A stretch of DNA of 64,000 nt from Hydrolagus colliei. Taxonomy: Eukaryota. Shown piece by piece: positions 26,242-37,233 of the stretch. Location: positions 12,648,001-12,712,000 of the forward strand of contig CM068753.1 of the NCBI GenBank assembly GCA_035084275.1, given 5' to 3'. The translations under genes were made by a program, and so were the position numbers. Below the pieces are notes generated by a model that searched no databases, was not told where the DNA came from, and saw only the letters and a list, made by a program, of their open reading frames with translations. The stretch's first letter is position 1, and each line of letters begins with the position of its first letter.

Positions 26242-28249
26242 TGGTACCCCACATTACTCTCTTCTTTCATGACGCGTAACAAATTAGAGTAGTCTTACAC
26301 GCGAAAGGTTCTAAATGTTCTTTTAGTCCCCCTCCCTTAATTTCCAATTTAATTATTCTTTCGAGGATAACACAAACTGCTGATTACCAATATTTTTGGC
26401 AAACCCAAGACTCAAGGGCTAGTCCATCTGTACTGATTGGTAGTTTCAATAGTAGACTTACACGGGGCTGCAAACAAGATAATTATGATCATTGTCTCTT
26501 TTTGCTTAACCCTGTCATTTGTGCCTCAAGCAAGAAAAAGATATATCATCTCTTAAGCACTGGTTTACACAATCCGTCCCAGAAAAGTCTACAACTAACC
26601 GCTTCTAGTCGCTCTCTGCAGTCGCTTGCGGTCATCTCAACATCACATCTGGATAAAGTTGTGAAGGATCAGTAGTTTCCTTGGCAAGGGAAAGAAAATT
26701 ATGCGAGGAGAGGTCAGGTAGATTTCTCGCTGTTTTTATATTTTAAAAAAAGCTTCTAGTACTATTTAGCGTGTTGAGCAGTCAATAAGGTCAGAGAACA
26801 AAGTCTGCTGGCGAGGGCATGTTAAATACAAAATCTGCAAATAGTGTGTTGCAAGGTCCAGGAGAAGCCTAGCTATGGAAAAGAGTATGCCAGTAGTGTA
26901 CATCTGTGAAACCATTTGTGCACAGAAAGATGCCATGACAGACTAACTGTATAAATTTCATAAAACTAAAATGCATATCATCAGCATCTTATCGAGAGAG
27001 AATTTAGCGCCCGAACCAATCAGGCTGGCAAATAAACGGTCAACGAGCCACAAGGCCACTTACTGCAAATAGGGTTAGAGAATACTGATGAGATACATTA
27101 TTGATCAGAGGTAAACAAGGATCCCATGCACTGGGCAAAAGTAGCATTCACAGGCAGATTCACACCATTACATTGAATGATGCAAGTGAGTTTTTCAAAG
27201 CAAAGTCGTCTTTCCAGTTTTCTACGTGGGCGAATAAATGGCTGCTGCACTAACGGGCAAAATCAGATCTCAGTTGTGGGGGAAACCCAAAGGTAAATTT
27301 TGCTTGGGACAGAGGGAAAGCTGAACCTCAGATGTTTTTTGCTCCAAAATCCCAAAGCTTTATCCCAGGGCAGCTGGAGCAGGGTATATTTCCATCACTC
27401 ACGCCAATTATAGTGATTCTCCGACACATCAGCAGAGACAACAATTCGTATATTTTCCAAGCTTCCAGACTCCCGACCTTCCTGTACCTGGGAGGGATAC
27501 GCTCTTCTTTCCTGACCCCTCCACGGTTGGGGATGTGTCACTGGATGCAAAAGATCACAATGATTACATAGAAACTCTTCAGAGTAGGCTATTTCCAATA
27601 GCAAGTGAAAAGCGGTTACCTTTTGATGCCAGTATGTATGTAAGTATGTCTGTGTGTATCCAAGCCATCTGGACAACATTGACTGAAGTCCAGTTTGGCC
27701 AAGAGTTGCACCAATTCCACTTTCTTACGCCTCAGTGGCAAATGACTGAAAACTCATCAGATTATGTTTCATGAAGGGAGTCTATAAAATTGCACTTCCT
27801 CATAAGACCTTTGCACTTTTTTTTCTGGAATCTTCAGACTCTTTGGACCCTTTGGAACCACAGCTCCCTGGATGTAAAATAATATTGAAATCAATTTCAG
27901 CTGCACTTGATTTAACTAGAAGGGCTCGGGAGTTCTCGCTCCTTGTTGTCGACACTCCTTACCTGGAATTGGGTTCTGGGTTTGCCTTTCAATTGCTACC
28001 CAAGATGTTATTTGAGCTCTATTTGGTTGGATGTATTTATCCGGCGTTTCTTTCCTACCCCATTCAGGCCAGAAGAGAAATAGAGGCTCATTCATATTCA
28101 TATCCATTTCAACATTTTGGTTTTACAGTGACAATATCCCTCAGTTTTTACAGTGTTTTGAGTGGAAATTGCGGTTCGAAATGTCAATTTCTATGTGGGA
28201 AACAAATAAACAATAAGATTAATCCTTGCCTTGGGTATAGCACATGAAA

Positions 28250-28745
28250 TTGAAATTCCTTGAAGCCCTTCACAGGAAATTGTCAAGTTTCACAAGTGTA
28301 TATTTGTAGGCAAATGTAGCAATCAGTTTGTACACAGCAAGGTCCATCAAACATCCTACAAACAGACAAGGTGAAACTCATTCCACGTAAGTGTCATGGG
28401 ATCTCGCAGCGAGACATCGACTTGAGTATTAAAAAAAACTTATTTGCATGCGATATAAAACTTTCGACAACAGGAGGACATCCCAAAGTGTTTCACGGCA
28501 TTTAGTGTAAACTGTAGTGACTGTGTATTTTGTAGTTGAACAAAGGCAGCCAATCGAGGGATCGTTTTAGCATCCGTCTGTACAGGCAGATAAGACTTTT
28601 AGTTTAATATCTCTTCTGAAGGACAGCACCTCAGATAATTCAGTACTACACCAGCACTGCATTAAGAGTGTCGCTGAGATGTGGGGTTTACATCCACAAA
28701 CTTTAGACTCTAGAGGCAAGAATCATGCCAACTGAGCCAGGCTAA
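28250..28745 (-). mobile_element. Older DeuSINE-like element with a nested tail fragment
   Basis: Opposite orientation to 43970-44375: agtgtcatgggatct...gtttaatatctcttctgaaggacagcacctcagataat...ccaactgagcca. Similar fragments at ~15040-15250 and ~1670-1770. Confidence 0.6.
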
Positions 28746-31700
28746 AAAACAGTAGCTTTGGCCGTCGTAATGCAACTGAAGTTGAAAATTCTTGAAAATA
28801 ACATTTGGTGTAAGACTGTTTAGCCTTAGTGGCTCCAGGAGATTAGAATATCTAATGTAGGGAAACAACAGTCACTCAGTTTGAGGATTTCCATTGTCAG
28901 AAACGTAGATTGTTTGGACTATCTCACATCAATTGTGTTAACCTTTTTTTAAGATACAATTCATGTTTGAAAAGTAGTTTATTTTCTAAGACAGCGGTGT
29001 TTATTCCGATCCTTTGTTTTACTGAGCGAGGATTAGAACTCGCGGCCTCAACACTTAAATTTTATTGTAAATAAAGCTATTCAAACGACATAAAAAATTA
29101 ATTTCAAAATCCATATTCATAAAGCCAGCACAATGCATTGTATCTAGATTTCAGTTGCATTTGATGTCAAAAGGCTGCATCAGTCTTTGTAAATACAGTA
29201 TGAATGTAGAAAACTTGGCTTTTTCCCAGTAACAATTCACACAGTATTGATATAGCCCACACATTGTTTTGCTACAAATATTTTCCTCTGGAAAAATTGA
29301 ATTTACACGGCAATTTCAACACAAATGTGCCGATAGTTAACTCGCAGTCCACGGTGAGTGATCGTGGCTCACTTGCCTGCTAACTTGGTAATTATTTTTC
29401 TATGACGAACAGAGTATCCCGTGCAATTGATAAATATTAATATTGTCTTATTACCAAGGAGAAGTGGGCTCTGATGATTAATCATTGTGCTGAGTAACAG
29501 ATGTCAGAATGTGAGCATACTGTTTATTAGTGAAATTATGCATCATTAAGTGCCTGCCTTTAAACCAAGCTGAGAATACCAATTTTTGTTGTTAAGGGAC
29601 TTCAGTTTGCCAATTACCGTTTTATTCAATCTGGCAGTTTACAGACAGCCCAGGAATAGCACTGAGCGTTGTAAGGTGCTTCCATTACACACCGTTCTGT
29701 GTTGCAATTTCTCATTTCATATGGTTTAATAATAAAAAAAACTATACCAATGTTTTTTAAATCTTGTTGGGGATTTATGAACAGTTTAAGGCGCTTATAA
29801 ACCTGTTCAACAGCACCTAGCAGGTGATCAATATAAAATTAATATGTTTGGCCTATAGAGCTGCTTCTTCCATAGGAAGCAATGTGCGTAGTGTCTGAAT
29901 GGCTAATTCATTTTCACAGTAAGTTTTGTAAACTAACGATGAAGAATGTGACCTGGAGATGCCTCCATCAGCCAAGCTTTAAAATGTGTAACTGATGGAG
30001 AGTGCTGTAAAGGCAACAGAAACAGAAAGTGCATTTTAAAACAATAATAAATATCCAAATTTGTAGGTTTTGCAAAACTCATTCCCAACTTGAAACCTAC
30101 AGTTTTTTTTAATTAAGAAAAAATGGGTTTTGTTTTTTAAGATGGAAAGAACTGCATTTAGGGTGACATACAATGGAATATTAATCTCAAAAGCTGTGCC
30201 TTAAACCTTGTTAGGGTTAGAACACAGCGCTACTGCCAAGAGTCTTGAAAATAGAAAAAAGAATAGGCGGGGCTCCAGATTTCTGGCTGCACTACAGTGA
30301 CTTTTCTTTTAACCTTGGCATTTAACCAGCATTTAGTTTAAGTGCAAAACAAGTGTCCTTAACCATTGTTAAAACATTTTTTGGATGATATTTTTAAAAT
30401 ATTCGCCAAAAAGGTACACTGAAGGTTTTTTTTGTGCGAAACAGTCATTGGTGCTGAGATTTTTTTTGATTCATGGGTTTTTATTTTAATATCCCGATAA
30501 GTTTCGGAAAGTTTACCCATCACATTATCTTGACAGCGGTTTACATTCTCTTCGACTGGGGAATGCGGGGATTGTAAAAACCATTCCAACTTTTGGTTTT
30601 ATTTAACGCCTGCGTTTAAAAACAAACCTTATGAAGCGTATTTATTGCTGGCTCTTTGTAATCGTGAATCCCTAGTTTATATAATTACATCAAACAATTT
30701 TTTGTCTTAATATTGGACAAAGAACAAGGGATCCGAAAATCCTTATGCCTCCAAGTGTTGCTAGTTTGACAGTGTGCTCTGGCACAGCTGAATACCCCTG
30801 TTAGTGCACATCAGGATTGTCAGTGCACTTAGTGACATGAGGCGTTTTTTTGCCCACGGTTTTCTGATCTTTTTATACTTGTATGTTGTGCGCATTAAGC
30901 CAAAGAGATGTAGAAAGGAGTCCAAATAAGTTAGAAATGAGTCCTAAACTCAACCGTGGCTTTTTTGTTCTTGCCTTTGCAATTCTTCACTTGCGTTTGG
31001 AAAGGTGATTTAACAGGACGGAAGCTGTGATGGAATTTTTAATTGTGTACCGTTTTTAAGTAAGCAAGTGCGTAACCTCTAGATAATGACTATTAGCAGG
31101 ACTCTGGTAATTGGAGAACTTGTGAACAAGGAGGGACAGAGGGGTGAGGTGTTAAACATGGGTGATATACTTTTCACCCGAACTCTTTTGCTTCCACCGC
31201 CCGTGCCAGGCTGAACCTCATCAGCAGTAATTGATGCCGTTATCAAAAAAAAATTGAAAAGTGACACTTCCAAAGCAATTGACAGAGATGACATTCCATT
31301 AATTTGTTAACGCAATTCGCAAGTGATTGTCACAGATGAAACACCTTTTCCCCCCATGATGCCTTCGTTGGTGCTTTCCTTCCTGCCGATTTGCAGTCAG
31401 ATTTAATTTGGAAACTCTGTTCCTTCGGCAAATTAGCAATTAGAACAATTTTGTGGAAATATGTATATGTGTCATTAGTTTTCCTCCAAATTAATAGCAG
31501 GAGCAGAGGTCAGCCTGAAATTTTCCAGTTGACTGGAGTGGCTCTGTTGAGATTTGGAGCTTGTTTGGAATGGCTGCAGCTGCAAGCCAGAATCGAGCAG
31601 CTGCTTACAGCCACTCTAGCTTCCGAGCTCCACTTTAATTAGTTTACCTCGCATAGCCATTATTGCTAATATCGCTGCCTCCCCCTCAAAAAAATTACTG

Positions 31701-32000
31701 TTTCGCAAAAAAATCTTCAGACATCTTGTGTCACTACAGGCTGATGATGGGGGTCAGTTTGATGCAGCGTTTAATCATTAGATCACCTCCATAAGCATCT
31801 CCTAATTAGAGTCCTTTCAATACAATTTCATCTTGTAATTAGCGGAGATTGTCTGCTTCCTCTGTAGCTTATTAGTGCCAGCGCAGTGGTGGGTGTGAAT
31901 CACACTGTTATTTGTCAAGCCTGTTAAAGCTTTCCCTTTTCTCCTGTCTCTTGTTTTTTTCCACCATTACCCAAATCTCACCCCCAATCCATCTTTGCAG

Positions 32001-32202
32001 CTGAACCTAGTGTCGAGTGTCACATTGTCAAAGACTGCATCTGAAGCATCTCCGCAGAGCTTACCTCACACCCCTACCACACCGACAACCCCCATTACCC
32101 CTGTCACACAGGGACCTTCTGTTATTACCCCAACCAGCATGCACAGCATGGGGCCCATCCGGAGGAGATACCCAGACAAATACAATGTGCCAATTTCCTC
32201 AG
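32001..32202 (+). CDS. FOXP1: FOXP1 coding exon, CtBP-binding P|LNLV motif and Ser/Thr/Pro-rich region (202 nt)
   Basis: ttgcag|CTG AAC...TCC TCA G|gtagga; [67 protein letters not shown]. Confidence 0.96.
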
Positions 32203-32414
32203 GTAGGACAGTTTGTGCCGCAAGTGCTCTGTGCCGTTGGTCACCGTTGCTTTTCGGTAGTTATTTTAGTGAAAGATTACCCGTCAAGATTCAAAATTGG
32301 AAATTTTGTTGTAAATTTGTTTTTTTCTCTACGTCAATTAAAAAAAGAGAGAGAAAAAAGCGTAGATCCCCGATTGCATCGGTCTCCTACAAACCTGTAC
32401 GTTTTTTTTTACAG

Positions 32415-32491
32415 ATATTGCTCAGAATCAAGAGTTCTACAAGAATGCAGATGTTCGACCTCCGTTCACATATGCTTCTTTAATAAGGCAG
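32415..32491 (+). CDS. FOXP1: FOXP1 coding exon, start of forkhead domain (77 nt)
   Basis: ttttacag|AT ATT...AGG CAG|gtgtgt; (D)[25 protein letters not shown]. Confidence 0.96.
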
Positions 32492-32879
32492 GTGTGTATG
32501 GCACTGTAGTCTCTTGACAGAACAATTCAGATCCTCAGATATTTATTAAATAAGAGCACAAAGGTTGTCAAACTCTAACGACTTCAAATTCACAAAACCT
32601 AACGTGTAAGCTGATAAATGACAAGCGGTATATCGTGTTACCGTGACTGATGAAAACACTACAGCACCAAGTGTTTGGCGTCTTGCTTTGCCATTGCGAG
32701 TCTTTGGTTTTTACAGCAGCGCAGAATTATAAAGACATCCCTTTAGCAAGTAGCAGGAAATAATCACACACAGGTCTTATTTTTGCTTTAACACATATTT
32801 TACAAATCTACATTTTAAACCACATCAGTTCAAGAATTTAATTGATATTTCCTCATCTTAAATTTGTAGTTATAACTAA

Positions 32880-33065
<186 letters not shown>

Positions 33066-36000
33066 TAAACATGAAAGTGTCCTCATCAGTTCTTTTTGCT
33101 TTTACTCTCAGCAGGCCTGGCCATTCTGCGTTCCGTGGTAAACAAGACATTGTATCTGACTTTTGCCGAATTTAGTCATCAGATTTTGGCTGTTTGGTTA
33201 ATCTGCTGTGATTCTTAATTCAATTACTTTTGCACCATATTAAACGGTAAAGGAGATTCTTATGGATATTACATTTCCGCCTTGTGCCTTTCATTCAGCT
33301 TCACATCCCAAGAATAGGTCACTAGCCGTATGTATGCAATACGAGCTGCTGCTTTTGTCGTCGGAAGCCAATGCCACAAAAATGTTCAGGCGTGATCCGC
33401 TAATTAGATGAAAGAATGGCTGTTTATCTTGCAATGCAAACAGCCGTTGCAGTCTCTGTCCTTGTGCTTCAAATCCTCTCCACACACCATAGTTCATCCT
33501 GCAGTCTGTGCTTGCCACAAGTGCCGTGGCTGTGCCTGCTCAGCTGAAACCTGTAGAGTAAGGGCAGCAGATATCATCATGTAGTTGCACGACAGAGTTT
33601 GTTTATGCGGACAAAGCCTTCATTCATCTCCCTCTATGAGCACAACACTCGTTTGCAGAGCTGCAGAGCACCCAGGTTCAACAAAAAAGGGCATTTTGTT
33701 GGGCTGAAATCTCTCCGCCAACATTAGAACTATTCTGGGGCAATCTCAATACGGGACACAAGAGTTAGTGAGAAGAAATCTATCACAGGGACAGTGTCAA
33801 GGCTTCTCATGGCTGTTTGACGCTTCAATGCATCAAAGCAATGTGATACAGCTTTTTTTTTCCCCCAAAAAAATCTTATCTGCAGTGCTTCTCAAATGAA
33901 CCCCCTAACGTGAAAGCAGTTTGGCCTATGTTTTATTTACCTACATTGCTGTCAGTCATCATGAGGACCTGCCCACATGCATAGGCCAGTGTCAGAAAGA
34001 GCCCACACTCTCTCTGCATTGGTCACTGACTGATGCAATGATGAACAAATGTTTGTGAGCACCCCCAAAACGAAACCAAATTAAAAGATCATTAATTTGT
34101 CTCCACCATACCAATCTTTACTGGAAGCATGTCAGTCTTTCCAAACTCCGTTTACATTTGACTGGAGAAATAGCCTTCAAGTCTTATCAAGTCAAATGGC
34201 CTATATGGTCACAAGCTTTAACAGAATAGCTACCTGGTCATCCTTCATCAGGATATAGGTGTCCCTTTAAACTGCGTTCTGATTACTTCTACTGGGTTTC
34301 AAGTGTCAAGAATCAGGGGTCGAGGAATGGAGAGCCTGGTGTAGCTAAATAAATGATTGAGAGAACAGAAATGAACCTCAGAATCATTCTGTTTCACCTG
34401 CAAAATACTTTGAGACGTCTCGAAGACGTGATAAGACGCTATATCAAATGCAAAGTTTATTATTATTAAGCCCTCCCCATAAGACAGCTACTGCAAGGCT
34501 AGAAACTTCGCCCCAACAATATGTTTCTGACCCAGCCAGCCACATTGTGTGGCTCATTGGCTTTTCCAATGTTAACTAGGTGCCCCTGCCCTCACCCTAC
34601 CATTGAATAACTCCTGCCTTGAAAACGTGACCCCCCATCTTTGTTCCCTTGTAGCTACATCAGATATGTTTTGAAAACGAGACGTCTCTCAGCTCCAGAT
34701 TCCGAGAGGGTGCGCACACTTTATTTAAACTACATGACAGATTCAGTCCATCCTCTGCATGTCAGATCTACAGCTGTGACTTTGACAAGTATCAACTCAG
34801 TAGATTCATTCAACTCTTTAGCAGAATGCTCCACCAACTGCTGACAGTCCTTCCATGGGGCACATTTTAGTGATGAACATTCATCCTCCCTACTGTGACT
34901 CAGTCCTGCATGGCAGCATGCAGTATTTTAGAAACACAGAATTGGTTAGCTATGTATGAAAGTGCGTTCCATCTGTTTATGAATAGTTGGCCTGCATATA
35001 AATAGCCTGTGAAAAGCATATATGCCTTCCGTAATAACTTGTGAACTCTTCCTTTAAACTCACTGCTGGGAGGCACAAAGCTCAACTGGTTCTGGCAAGT
35101 CAGACGCAATGTCTGTTTACATAGTTTTTCATTAAGAGCAGAATGTGGCCCAACAAAAGGATCGTGGCTCTGTGAAGCGTCACTCTGTCCTTCTCTCAAA
35201 GGGTAAGCTTTTCCTCGGACTGCTCAAATAGGTCATACCATGGTCAGTCTGGAGAAATAGCTGTGAAGTGAAACGATTTGCTAGTCGTCTGTGTATGGTT
35301 TTTTTTGGAGCGCAGGTTTTGAACCAGGGGCTGCTCGTCAGTAAACAGCTCACACAGTCCACAATATCTCCCTATTTTGCCAATGCCTTAAGCACGTAAA
35401 ATGTTTTCACGCAGCTCCCAATGAACGTGGTGACCCACAGCGTCGGTTGTTTTACACAGCAAAATTTCAAACACATTTTGAATGTATATATACATGTTTC
35501 AGGCAGATGTTTACCGTATTAAGCCGGTGGTTTCATGGTCAACCCTGGGTGGGATGTTGTGTTAGTGCATTACTTTTCACCTCATTGACCTTGATTGAAA
35601 TTGATGCCAGACTTGTGTTTAATAGAGGTGTCCTTTGTCTGATTGAAGGCTACCGAGTCCCAAGTGGAATTAATTTGGCCAGCGCCATTCTGCCTACCTG
35701 CAGCCAAAGTATACAAATGCCCTGAATCCAGCTCTGTTTTGGCAGTCGTCTCCTAAACAGTTGCGAGGATGGGAATTTAGTTAACGTCAACTCAGCGCTG
35801 GCTAGTGAGGGGAGGGAGAGGTCACCATTTGCACTGAAGACGCGTTGTCGAAAAGATGCATTGTCGAAACATTTGCGGGGATTCTCATCCGCACAGTCTC
35901 TGACCCTTATCACATAAAGAATAAGCTCCAGAGTAATTTGTAAATCAATCTGAATGGGCTATTTCACCTCCGGTCATTTCAGGTGAGTGCAGTGAGGCGT

Positions 36001-36500
36001 CGAGTGACCGAGAGCAACTGTGATTGCCTATACGGCGGTTTATGCTATTATGAAATCCCGATCTGTATTCCAACTCCCCTGTCACGCTGCTGTGTGGTAG
36101 CTGTTATTGGAGGTCAAGTGGAAGACATTGCAATGTCCAGTACCATCATCTCTCGACTTTGCTGTGAATACATTGGGGGGGAGGGAGAGGAAACACGTCT
36201 GCATTTACATATCCTATCTGAAACGTTTTCATACTTATCCCAATGAATGAACTGAACTTTGTTTCAGCTTTGCAGAAGCAGCACTGATGCATTCTCTTCT
36301 TACACACACAAGCAATTGATCTGAAACAGACCGAAGATATAATTATTGTTGGCATATTGCAGCGATCTGAACACAGCTCGGGCCTTATTGTAAACATCAA
36401 TGATGTGATTCTTCAGTCTCACCTTGGCAACGCTTATGATTTACACTTGCTTTTTATATAGACAAGTTTTTGAATGTTTTCTTCTTTGTACTTACTATAG

Positions 36501-36622
36501 AANNNNNNNNNNNNNNNNNNNNNNNNNNNNNNNNNNNNNNNNNNNNNNNNNNNNNNNNNNNNNNNNNNNNNNNNNNNNNNNNNNNNNNNNNNNNNNNNNN
36601 NNNNNNNNNNNNNNNNNNNNNN
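36501..36622 (+). CDS. FOXP1: Inferred canonical forkhead helix-3 exon (human exon 18, NAVRHNLSL...), almost entirely inside an N gap
   Basis: Pyrimidine tract plus ttactatag|AA immediately before the Ns (AA fits an Asn codon). The expected 122-nt exon fits within the 148-N gap and was not seen elsewhere in the intron. The end coordinate is inferred. Confidence 0.65.
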
Positions 36623-36650
36623 NNNNNNNNNNNNNNNNNNNNNNNNNNNN
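36503..36650. other. Assembly gap (148 N) masking the canonical forkhead exon
   Basis: Run of N starting 2 nt after a 3' splice site. Confidence 0.95.
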
Positions 36651-37063
36651 CCTCCTAGTATAGCTAGCTCCCGTGTAGTTTAACCTACAGCTTGTGGCTG
36701 CTTGCAGGTGATGGAGGGGAGGCTGTCACTTGGGTACATCCGTGCTGTCTAGGAAAATCTGGGGCATGGAAAGCAAATGCTTTTAACACGGCATCCTTTC
36801 CTCTCCCCACATTTTCCAGTCTGTGTATTCCATGGTGCTCAACCCACGTTCTTTCCATCTGCTTGCCTGGTGTTTTGCGTCATGTGCTTCTGCTTGCAGG
36901 CTACACATATTAACCCCACAAACCATTTGCTTATTTCATTTTTTTTCTCCTTTCCCCATCGCCTACCCCTTTGTGTGTGATTTTTGTTTTTGTTCCATCC
37001 CGATCCCCATTTGCCCTTGTTTGTCTTTCCATCGCATCTGCTTGACTGCTGCTATAAACCCAG

Positions 37064-37233
37064 GGTGCCATACGCACCAATTTGTCACTGCATAAGTGCT
37101 TTATCAGAGTAGAGGATGAGTTTGGGTCCTTTTGGACTGTTGATGATGAAGAATTTAAACGTGGCCGCCACATTCAACGAGGCCGTCCTCGAAAATACTA
37201 CCCTGATGAAAGCTTTGATGAACAATTTGCACA
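37064..37233 (+). CDS. FOXP1: Alternative mutually exclusive forkhead exon, orthologous to FOXP1-ES exon 18b (170 nt)
   Basis: aacccag|GGT...GCA CA|gtaaga; open frame [56 protein letters not shown](H); phase 0 in, phase 2 out, matching the flanking exons. Confidence 0.93.

Noticed and set aside
37064-37233. Pseudo-exon or retrocopy of another FOX gene
   Set aside because: Open frame, correct splice sites and phases, and length and peptide matching the known FOXP1 alternative exon.
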